From the NCBI GenBank assembly GCA_050696075.1, contig JBOGUF010000216.1, forward strand, positions 54,165 to 118,164: DNA of 64,000 bases, written 5' to 3'. Positions within the stretch are counted from its first letter, which is position 1. Every line of letters begins with the position of its first letter. Below the pieces are notes generated by a model. It was not told where the DNA came from. It worked only from the letters and a program-made list of their open reading frames with translations, and searched no databases. This document shows positions 44,575 through 52,628 of the stretch, in pieces. A program made the translations under genes and the position numbers. This DNA comes from Thermomicrobiales bacterium (lineage in GTDB: Bacteria; Chloroflexota; Chloroflexia; Thermomicrobiales; UBA6265).

Positions 44575-46890
44575 ATGGCAGTAGATGCTGCACGACGAGT
44601 GAGTACGGTCTCGCTCGAACTCGGTGGGCGCACTCTGACCCTCGAAACGGGTTTGCTCGCCGAACTGGCGCATGGCGCCGTCGTCGTCAGGTATGGCGAG
44701 ACGATGATTCTGGCGACGGTGGTTGGCGAAAAAGAGCCCCGTGAGCACATGGACTTCTTTCCCCTCACGGTGGACTACGAAGAGAAAATGTACGCCGCGG
44801 GGAAGATTCCCGGTGGATTTATTAAGCGCGAAGGGCGGCCGACTGAAGCGGCGATTCTCGCCGCGCGACTGACCGACCGCCCACTTCGCCCGCTCTTCCC
44901 AAAGGGCTATCGCGCCGAAGTCCAGGTGATCAACACCGTGATTTCGGCGGATCAGGAAAACGATCCGGATATCCTCTCGATCATCGGCGCTTCGGCAGCG
45001 CTCACCCTTTCGCCAATTCCCTTCGAGGGGCCGGTCGGCGCGGTGCGCGTTGGCCTAATCGACGGCGAGATCGTGATCAATCCGGCTGTTTCGATCCAGG
45101 CTGAAAGCACGCTCGACATGGTGGTCGCCGGTACCGCAGACGCGATCATGATGGTCGAAGGCGAATCTGCAGAAGTTTCGGAAGAGACGCTGCTCGAGGC
45201 AATCGTGCGCGCGCATGATGAGATCAAGCGCATCACGGCGATCCAGAGGGAGCTGGGGGAACAGGCGGGCAACGAGAAGTGGGAGTTCCAGGCGCCCGCG
45301 CGCGACGAGGAACTCTTCGATGCGCTGCGCTCGATCGTCGGTGAGCGCTTGAGCGACGCCGTCAACAACCCCGACAAAGTGCTCCGGCTCGAGGGCACGG
45401 ACGAGTTGAAGCGCGACGTCGTTGGTCAACTTTCCGCCGCCCAGGAGGGCGACGAACCCCAGTTCGCTTCGAAGGCGGTTGGCGATGCCTTTGAATCGCT
45501 GCTGAAGGAGGCAGTCCGCGGCAGCATCTTGCGGGACGGCACACGGCCTGACGGTCGTCGTCCGGACGAGATTCGGCCCATCTGGAGTCAGGTTGGATAT
45601 TTGCCGCGTGCGCACGGTTCGGCCATCTTCACTCGTGGGCAGACGCAGGTCTTGACCACTGTGACGTTGGGTTCGACGGCGGAAGAGCAACGACTCGACT
45701 CGATCGGCCCTGAGGGGAGCAAGCGGTATATCCATCACTATAACTTCCCGCCGTTCAGCGTTGGCGAAGTGCGGCGACTGCGTGGGGCGAGCCGGCGCGA
45801 TATCGGTCACGGCGCCCTTGCCGAGCGCGCGCTTCTGGCAATGATTCCGAGCGAGGACGACTTTCCCTACACACTCCGGCTTGTATCGGAGGTCGTGAGT
45901 TCCAATGGGTCGACTTCGATGGCCAGCGTCTGTGGGAGCACATTGGCGCTGATGGACGCCGGCGTGCCGATTGCGTCCCCGGTGGCCGGCGTCGCGATGG
46001 GTCTGGTCACCGATAGCGAGTCGGACCGCTTTACCGTCCTGACCGACATCCAGGGGATCGAGGATGCCCTCGGCGACATGGACTTCAAGGTCGCGGGGAC
46101 GACGAACGGAGTCACCGCGATCCAGATGGACATCAAGGTCAAGGGGATCACGCCGGAAGTGATGCGCCAGGCGTTGCAGCAGGCGCACGCCGGACGGCAG
46201 TTCATCCTCGGCAAGATGCTCGAAACGATCGCCCAACCGCGCGAAAGTCTCTCGCAGTACGCGCCACGGGTGATAAGGATCAAGATCAACCCAGAGAAGA
46301 TCGGCGCGGTCATCGGGCCGGGCGGCAAGATGATCCGGTCGATCCAGGAAGAGACTACGACCAAGATCGATATCGAAGATGACGGCTCGGTTTCGATCAG
46401 CTCGACCGACCCGAAGGGCGCCGACGAAGCGGTGCGCCGCATCCAGCAGCTCACGCAAGAGATCAAGATCGAACGTGGCGATATCTACACGGGAAAGATC
46501 GTCAGCATCATGCCCTATGGCGCCTTCGTCGAGCTGGTGCCTGGCAAAGATGGATTAGCCCACATCTCTGAGCTGTCGGACGACCCGGCGGTCCGATTGA
46601 ACCGGGTCGAGGACTTGTTCAACGTCGGCGACGAGATCACCGTGATGGTGATAGAGGTGGCGCCGAACGGCAAGGTGAGCCTATCCCGGCGGGCGGCCTT
46701 GACTGGCGAGTTGCCGGAACAGCGACCGGAGCGCGGTCCGCGGCGCGACAGTGATCGTGGACCGCGTCGCGACGACCGGCCGCGCGGCGGCGACCGAGAG
46801 CGTGGAGGTTTCGGCGATCGTGGGCGAGACGGTTTCGGCAGCCGACCCGGCGATAGCCGTCCGCGCCCACCTCGCGAGCCGCAATCGTAA
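44575..46890 (+). CDS. pnp: Polyribonucleotide nucleotidyltransferase (PNPase) with R/G/D-rich C-terminal tail
   Basis: Two RNase PH domains, KH (GPGGKMIRSIQEE), S1 (GKIVSIMPYGAFVEL). GGAGG RBS. ~60-aa low-complexity tail. Confidence 0.95.
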   Translation: MAVDAARRVSTVSLELGGRTLTLETGLLAELAHGAVVVRYGETMILATVVGEKEPREHMDFFPLTVDYEEKMYAAGKIPGGFIKREGRPTEAAILAARLTDRPLRPLFPKGYRAEVQVINTVISADQENDPDILSIIGASAALTLSPIPFEGPVGAVRVGLIDGEIVINPAVSIQAESTLDMVVAGTADAIMMVEGESAEVSEETLLEAIVRAHDEIKRITAIQRELGEQAGNEKWEFQAPARDEELFDALRSIVGERLSDAVNNPDKVLRLEGTDELKRDVVGQLSAAQEGDEPQFASKAVGDAFESLLKEAVRGSILRDGTRPDGRRPDEIRPIWSQVGYLPRAHGSAIFTRGQTQVLTTVTLGSTAEEQRLDSIGPEGSKRYIHHYNFPPFSVGEVRRLRGASRRDIGHGALAERALLAMIPSEDDFPYTLRLVSEVVSSNGSTSMASVCGSTLALMDAGVPIASPVAGVAMGLVTDSESDRFTVLTDIQGIEDALGDMDFKVAGTTNGVTAIQMDIKVKGITPEVMRQALQQAHAGRQFILGKMLETIAQPRESLSQYAPRVIRIKINPEKIGAVIGPGGKMIRSIQEETTTKIDIEDDGSVSISSTDPKGADEAVRRIQQLTQEIKIERGDIYTGKIVSIMPYGAFVELVPGKDGLAHISELSDDPAVRLNRVEDLFNVGDEITVMVIEVAPNGKVSLSRRAALTGELPEQRPERGPRRDSDRGPRRDDRPRGGDRERGGFGDRGRDGFGSRPGDSRPRPPREPQS

Positions 46891-46893
46891 CGA

Positions 46894-47025
46894 GCCGTCA
46901 GCCGTCAGCCATCAGCCATAAGCATGGCCCGCTCATAGCGGTTCCCACTCTCTCGCGCGCATCGGGAGAGGGGGTCAGGGGGCGAGGGTTGCTGACGGCT
47001 GACGGCTGACGGCTGACGGCTACTC
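46894..47025. repeat. Inverted heptad-repeat arrays enclosing a G-run-rich core
   Basis: 5' arm (GCCGTCA)x2 decaying to GCCATCA, GCCATAA (46894-46921). 3' arm (GCTGACG)x4 then GCTACTC (46991-47025). The arms are complementary over 24 nt with one mismatch. The core carries GGGAGAGGGGGTCAGGGGGCGAGGG (46964-46988). Confidence 0.9.
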
Positions 47026-47457
47026 GGCCACTTGGGTCTGTTCCTCGGCGACGCGGGTCTCGATGTCGTGCCACCAGTCTTCGCCGATGGTGTTGATATA
47101 GACGAAGAATATGCAGCAACAAAGCAGGATAGCGGCGATAAAGCCGATGACGATCCAGAGCCACGTGCGGCGACGTTTCGGCTCTGGCAGTGGTCCGGGA
47201 TCAGACATCTTCCAATTCGGGTCCGTGGGAGGAAGCTCCGTGGGCAGCCGTGGCCGGTCCTGCCAACGGGGCGGCGGCTCATCGTCGGTGCTCGGAGGTG
47301 GCGGTGGCGGCGTCGGAGAACGGTCCGGTTGGGGAGCTGTTGGATCGGCCGGCGCGGTGTGCCTCGATGAGGTCAACGAGCTGAGGTCTGCTCCACACTC
47401 CAGGCAGAAGCGACTATTCGGCTCGTTGGCCGTCCCGCAGTTGGGACAGGTGATCAC
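47020..47457 (-). CDS. Zinc-ribbon membrane protein (proline-rich linker, C-terminal TM helix)
   Basis: ITCPNCGTANEPNSRFCLECGADL zinc ribbon. P-rich linker. TM WLWIVIGFIAAILLCCCIFFVYI. GTG start 5-6 nt after GGAGGG. Confidence 0.75.
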   Translation of the reverse strand: MITCPNCGTANEPNSRFCLECGADLSSLTSSRHTAPADPTAPQPDRSPTPPPPPPSTDDEPPPRWQDRPRLPTELPPTDPNWKMSDPGPLPEPKRRRTWLWIVIGFIAAILLCCCIFFVYINTIGEDWWHDIETRVAEEQTQVAE

Positions 47458-47523
47458 AGGTTCCCTCCATCACATCCAAAACGAACGCCCCGACCGCTTG
47501 CCGGGCCTGTCTAGCCGCTCTCC

Positions 47524-48670
47524 TCATTTTGGTAGCCCTTCAGCAGAAGGTGATCTTACCGCGTTGAGACGCGGAATGGTGCGACGTTCAAGCACGACAA
47601 CCGCGATCATCCCGATCAGCACGGCAAACCACAAGGTAGCGAACCGGATGATGAGCGTCGCGGCCACCGCCACCGTGCGGCTCATGGCCTCGTCGTCGAC
47701 AAGCAACAGCAACATGCCGGCAACGCTCGCATCGGCGACGCCGATCCCGCCCGGTAACATCGACGCACCGCCGGCCAGAGTAGAAACGGCCAGGACAAAG
47801 GTCGCCGTGAGGAGCACGTGCCAGCCACTCTCCATTCCCAATCCGGTCAGCACAAGATAGAACGCCAGGCACTCGCCCATTCACGAGATGAGCCCGAGCC
47901 CAACCGCGCGCGTCAGTGGACGTGGATTGAACAAGACGGAACACGCCCGGACGAACGCGATAGCGTGATCGACCATCGTCCCAACCACTTCCCAGTGTTC
48001 CACGCGCGCGAGGCATCGGGGACATGGGCGGATGGCTCCTTCCCGTGGCTCAGCAGTGTTCCACGCGCGCGAGGCATCGGGCAAGGAAGTCGGGTCGTTG
48101 GAGCGCGGCGAGCGCGAGAACGCAGAGAACGGCGATAAAGGCGAGGAAGGGACGGCCGTAGGTGAAGGAACTCAAGCCCGCGGCCGCGAGGAGGAGAAGA
48201 GCGAAGGCGTCCGTAATCCGCTCGGCGGCGATAATGGCGCTGGTGCGATTGACCGCCACGCCGGTCAGTCGCCGCAGGTAGACTGACTTGATGAGTTCTC
48301 CAACCTTGCCGGGGGTGAGCGACATCGAGAAACCGGCGAGGAAGACGAGTAAGCTGGTTGTCGCTGGCAGGCGTGGGACGGAGAGGCAACGGAGATACAT
48401 CTCCCACTTAACAAAGCGCCACCCGTAGTTCCAAAGCGTCAAGGCGACGATCGGCGGCGCCAGCCACCAGTTGAAGTGTCCGAGCGCGGAGGCGATGTCT
48501 CGCGCGTCTCCGATCAGCACGAGTGTGGTCAAGACAAACGCCGCGAGTATCGCGCCGGCGCCGATGCGCCGCGCGGTCACTCTCTCGGGCGCGGCCGCGG
48601 ATTTCGGATCGGTTTGGGCGCGGTCAGCCGCCGAGCCGGGGGTCGAGGGCATCGCGCAGTCCGTTTCCAA
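47524..48670 (-). pseudogene. Disrupted UPF0104 / lysyl-PG-synthase-TM (flippase-like) family membrane protein gene
   Basis: Three collinear fragments (48670-48050, 48084-47881, 47880-47524). Removing 61 nt (one 28-nt repeat plus the 33-nt spacer) restores the frame across ...RCLARVEHWEVVG.... The second break is TGA at 47881-47883 in GLGLIS*MGECLAFYLV, where I recall family members having Trp. Confidence 0.7.
47993..48081. repeat. 28-nt perfect direct repeat pair separated by 33 nt, inside the broken gene
   Basis: CAGTGTTCCACGCGCGCGAGGCATCGGG at 47993-48020 and at 48054-48081. Confidence 0.95.
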
Positions 48671-49553
48671 CCAGATTGATCGACAGCACGGTGATGTAGA
48701 TCAAGAGTCCCGGGAAGAAGACGTTTGTCCAGTTTTGGCGGTAGAACTGGTTTGCCTCTTCGAGCATATTGCCCCACGACGGCGTCGGAATCCGCACGCC
48801 CAGCCCGATGAAACTGAGCACGGCTTCGGTCAGAATGAAGCCGGGGATCACCAGCGAGATCCAGACGACGATCGTTGGGACCACGTTCGGCAGGATGTGG
48901 CGGAAGAGGACGCGCCAGTTCGACGCGCCCAAGAGACGGGCGGCTTCGACGAACTCCCGGTGGCGCAGGGCCATGACCTCACCGCGAATCAGCCGGGCGA
49001 CGCCGGGCCAGCTTACCGTCGCGATTACGAAGGCCAGGGCGATGTACCCCGGACGATAGAGCGCTGCAATCAGGATGAGCAGGGCCAACGACGGGATGCT
49101 GAGCAGCACGTCGACCAGTCGCATCAGGATCGCATCGGTCGCACGGCCGAAGTAGCCAGCGGTCGCGCCGATCGTCCCGCCAATCACCAAGGTAGCGAGC
49201 GACGTTAGGACAGCCACGAGCAGTGAGACGCGTCCACCGTAGGCGAGACGGGTGAGGATGTCTCGGCCGTTGCCATCGCTGCCGAGGATGTACCCCTGTT
49301 CGCCCGGCTTGGCCAGCGCGCCCTCAAGCTGATTCTCCGCATATGAGAAACCGGTCACGTACTTGGAGATGAGTCCAGCGCCGAGAACGAAGATGAGGAT
49401 CGCCGCTACGACAAAAAGGGCCGCCAGCGAAACCTTATTGCGGCGAAACCGTCGCCAAGCACGCGCCGTGGGTTTTGACGTGTGAAGTGCATCCAGGCCA
49501 GGAGCAGTGTCGGAGACAGATCGACTTGTCTTGGCTGTGGCGCGGTCATTCAT
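48624..49553 (-). CDS. Peptide/nickel ABC transporter permease, DppC/OppC type (copy a)
   Basis: GSDGNGRDILTRLAYGGRVSL, conserved EAA-region (REFVEAARLLGASNWRVLFRHILPN). ATG overlaps the upstream permease gene by 8 nt. Confidence 0.9.
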   Translation of the reverse strand: MNDRATAKTSRSVSDTAPGLDALHTSKPTARAWRRFRRNKVSLAALFVVAAILIFVLGAGLISKYVTGFSYAENQLEGALAKPGEQGYILGSDGNGRDILTRLAYGGRVSLLVAVLTSLATLVIGGTIGATAGYFGRATDAILMRLVDVLLSIPSLALLILIAALYRPGYIALAFVIATVSWPGVARLIRGEVMALRHREFVEAARLLGASNWRVLFRHILPNVVPTIVVWISLVIPGFILTEAVLSFIGLGVRIPTPSWGNMLEEANQFYRQNWTNVFFPGLLIYITVLSINLVGNGLRDALDPRLGG

Positions 49554-50514
49554 AGTGGATGCGAGGATCGAGAACGCGATAAAGCACGTCGGCGAGCAGG
49601 TTGCCGATCATCGTTAGCAGGGCGAAGATGAGCGTGGCGCCCATGATAAGGGTGTAATCGCTCCGCTGTACCGCCTGCAATGTGAGGCGCCCCATCCCGT
49701 TCCACGCGAAGATCTGTTCGACTAAGAACGCGCCCCCGAACAGTTCGGGAATGGTCAATCCGACCAACGTGATGAGCGGAATCATAGCGTTGCGGAATGC
49801 GTGGCTGTAGACCACCGCGCGATCGCGGAGACCCTTGGCGCGCGCGGTCAGAATGTAGTCTTGGCGGATCACCTCGAGCATGGACGAGCGAACATAGCGC
49901 GTCCAGCTCGCTATCTGGACCAGCGCCAGCGAGAGGACCGGCAGGACCATATGCTCGATACGGTCCAATATGCCGGCATCGGTCCGCAAGTCTCGCATGC
50001 CGCCGATCGGGAGGGCCGGTAGCCCCCACTCTTGGAACTTGACCGCGAAGAGAATGATGAGCAGGAGCGCGAGCCAAAAGGAAGGCAAGGCATAGGCGGC
50101 GACCGAGCCGATGGTCGTGAGGTGGTCGAAGAGCGAATTGTGCCGAGTTGCGGAGAGGACGCCAAGCGGCACGGCGAGCGCTAGTGCGACAAGGAGTGCG
50201 GCGCCTGTCAAGAGGAGGGTATTCGGCAACACGCCCAGGATCCGGTCGAGGACCGGCGTCGAGTTGGTCATGGAGATGCCGAGGTCACCGCGTAAGACGT
50301 GGCCGAGCCAGATCACGTATCGCTCGGGCCACGGCTCGTCCAGGCCCAGGTTGCGCTTGATGCGTTCGATGTCCTCTGGGCGCATACGAGGATTGAATTG
50401 GTAGCCCGTGACCGGGCTACCTGGCACGAGATTGACGATCGCGAAGGTGAGGAAGGTGATGCCGAGCAGGAGCGGCGGAATCTGAAGCAGGCGAAGGAGA
50501 ATCAGGCGGCCCAT
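49546..50514 (-). CDS. Peptide/nickel ABC transporter permease, DppB/OppB type (copy a)
   Basis: MGRLILLRLLQIPPLLLGITFLTFAIVNLVPG..., DYILTARAKGLRDRAVVYSHAFRNA. Confidence 0.9.
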   Translation of the reverse strand: MGRLILLRLLQIPPLLLGITFLTFAIVNLVPGSPVTGYQFNPRMRPEDIERIKRNLGLDEPWPERYVIWLGHVLRGDLGISMTNSTPVLDRILGVLPNTLLLTGAALLVALALAVPLGVLSATRHNSLFDHLTTIGSVAAYALPSFWLALLLIILFAVKFQEWGLPALPIGGMRDLRTDAGILDRIEHMVLPVLSLALVQIASWTRYVRSSMLEVIRQDYILTARAKGLRDRAVVYSHAFRNAMIPLITLVGLTIPELFGGAFLVEQIFAWNGMGRLTLQAVQRSDYTLIMGATLIFALLTMIGNLLADVLYRVLDPRIHYE

Positions 50515-50531
50515 CCGATTGACTGCCGGTC

Positions 50532-51491
50532 TTACTGGTTGAGGCGCGGATCGAGCGCGTCCCGGAGGCCGGTGCCGACGAGGTTGATCGAGAGCACGGT
50601 GATGTAGATGGCGAACCCCGGGATGAAAATGAGAGTCCAGGACTGCCGCAAAAATTGCTTAGCGTCCTGAAGCATGTTGCCCCAAGATGGCGTTGGGGTG
50701 CGGACGCCGAGACCAAGATAGCTGAGCGCGGCCTCGGTCAGAATGAGGGCCGGAACAACGATTGACGCCCAGACGACGATGATCGGGATCACATTGGGGA
50801 AGAGGTGCTTGAGTAAGATGCGGCTGTTCGACGAGCCGATGACCCGTGCCGCGTCAATATAGTCCCGGTTCTTGAGCGACAGCACTTCAGCGCGGATCAG
50901 GCGCGCGATTCCGGCCCAGCTGAGTAGCGCGATGAAGAGCGCCAATACCAGCGGGCTCGGCTGGTAGAAGGACGACAGGACGATAAGCAGAACAAGCGAT
51001 GGAATTGAGAGAAGGACGTCGGCAAGCCGCATTGCAATAGAGTCGATGATGCCACCGAAGTAGCCAGCCGCGGCGCCGATGGTGCCCCCAATGACGAGGA
51101 TAGATGCGGTCGCCAGGACAGCGATCATCAGCGAGATGCGTCCGCCATAGGCAAGTCGAGTCAGCACGTCACGGCCGTTGCCGTCCGCGCCGAGGATGTA
51201 GTCACCTGTAAATGGCGGTGTCAGTTTTTCGGCAAGGTGATTTTCGGTGAAGGTAAAGTGGGTCACGTATCGGCTGAGCAGATCGGCACTCAGAATGAAG
51301 AGGATGATCAGCACCACCATGGCTAGCGCGGCGACTGAGACGCTGTTCTGGCGATATCGACGCCAGGCACGGCGCCAGAAGCCCGGTGCGCTGGAGAGTT
51401 TCGAGCGCCGAAGCCCGTCTATGATAGGAGCGGTCGGACGGATGGCGGCGCCCTCTACGGTTGCCATGAGCTGGTCGGTTTGTTGCGCCAT
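50532..51491 (-). CDS. Peptide/nickel ABC transporter permease, DppC/OppC type (copy b)
   Basis: Clear paralogue of copy a (GADGNGRDVLTRLAYGGRISL, RDYIDAARVIGSSNSRILLKHLFPN). Start is ATG 51491 or GTG 51521. Confidence 0.9.
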   Translation of the reverse strand: MAQQTDQLMATVEGAAIRPTAPIIDGLRRSKLSSAPGFWRRAWRRYRQNSVSVAALAMVVLIILFILSADLLSRYVTHFTFTENHLAEKLTPPFTGDYILGADGNGRDVLTRLAYGGRISLMIAVLATASILVIGGTIGAAAGYFGGIIDSIAMRLADVLLSIPSLVLLIVLSSFYQPSPLVLALFIALLSWAGIARLIRAEVLSLKNRDYIDAARVIGSSNSRILLKHLFPNVIPIIVVWASIVVPALILTEAALSYLGLGVRTPTPSWGNMLQDAKQFLRQSWTLIFIPGFAIYITVLSINLVGTGLRDALDPRLNQ

Positions 51492-51545
51492 GCCGAGCGT
51501 CTCCCGCGAACAAAGTGGCACGAGCCCGCGCCGGATGAGACCGCG

Positions 51546-52511
51546 TTAGTCGAAACGAATCCGTGGATCAAACATGACGTACATGATATCCGCTAAGAGG
51601 TTGCCGATCATGACGAGCGCCGCAAAGAGGAGTGTCGTGCCCATCACCACGGTGAAGTCCTTGTCGTTGATCGCGGTGATGACAAGCCTACCCATTCCAG
51701 GATAGGCGAACACATTTTCGACGACGAGCGATCCGGCGAACAACTCGGGAATGCTCAGGCCGACCAAGGTAATCAACGGCAGCAGCGCATTCCGGAAGCC
51801 ATGGCTGTAAAGGACCACGCGCTCCCTGAGACCCTTGGCCGACGCGGTGCGCATGTAATCCTGGCGGATCACTTCGAGCATCGACGATCGAATATAGACA
51901 ACCCACCCCGCCAGTTGCGGCAAAGCAAGGGCCGTTACCGGGAGAACCAGGTGTTTGGCACGGTCGAGCACATCGCCGTCTCCTCGGAGATCACGGACGC
52001 CGCCTACGGGCAACGAGGGAAGACCCCATTCCCTAAATTTCACCGAGAAGAGGATGATCAGCAATAGGCCAAGCCAGACGGTCGGCACGGCGAATCCGGC
52101 GACCGCGGAGACAGTCGCAAACCGGTCAAAGAGCGAGTTGCGACGGACCGCCGCATAGATACCGATCGGGACGGCGATAAAGAAGGCGACGATGACCGAT
52201 AGTCCGGAGAGCAATAAGGTATTCGGAAGCACCGCGAGGACGCGATCTCGCACCGGGGCGTAGGTGATCATCGATACGCCGAGATCGCCCTGCACGACGT
52301 TCCCGACCCAAACGAAATACCGCTTGTAGAGCGGTTCATCGAGGCCAAGGTTTGACCTTAGCCGCTGGATGTCCTCGGGCTTGACACGGCTGTCGAATTC
52401 AAGATTGGCGAGAGGACTGCCCGAGGCATTGATGATCACGAACGAGATCAGCGTCACCCCGAACAGGAGCGGGATCAATTGCATCAGACGGCGGAAGATG
52501 AATGCAGTCAT
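51546..52511 (-). CDS. Peptide/nickel ABC transporter permease, DppB/OppB type (copy b)
   Basis: MTAFIFRRLMQLIPLLFGVTLISFVIINA.G.P, DYMRTASAKGLRERVVLYSHGFRNA. Confidence 0.9.
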   Translation of the reverse strand: MTAFIFRRLMQLIPLLFGVTLISFVIINASGSPLANLEFDSRVKPEDIQRLRSNLGLDEPLYKRYFVWVGNVVQGDLGVSMITYAPVRDRVLAVLPNTLLLSGLSVIVAFFIAVPIGIYAAVRRNSLFDRFATVSAVAGFAVPTVWLGLLLIILFSVKFREWGLPSLPVGGVRDLRGDGDVLDRAKHLVLPVTALALPQLAGWVVYIRSSMLEVIRQDYMRTASAKGLRERVVLYSHGFRNALLPLITLVGLSIPELFAGSLVVENVFAYPGMGRLVITAINDKDFTVVMGTTLLFAALVMIGNLLADIMYVMFDPRIRFD

Positions 52512-52628
52512 GGCAGGGATCCTTCATCTCTCCGCGCTGCCGACGCTGGTTTGGCGAGCAATGAGCGGGGGAACTGAGATCGAAGTGCGCCGGGGACGAA
52601 GCTGTCCCCGGCGCAAGTGGCGCGTTGC

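Noticed and set aside
47993-48081. A 28-nt repeat / 33-nt spacer / 28-nt repeat, which has the geometry of a minimal CRISPR array. The repeat (GTGTTCCACGCGCGCGAGGCATCGGG) vaguely resembles GC-rich type I-E repeats.
   Set aside because: There are only two repeats and no further degenerate copies at 61-nt phase on either side. No cas genes or leader are in the window. The repeat's internal palindrome is imperfect. The repeat is ordinary coding sequence of the UPF0104 gene: both copies translate to RCLARVEH, and removing one unit restores the frame. An insertion or duplication lesion explains it better.
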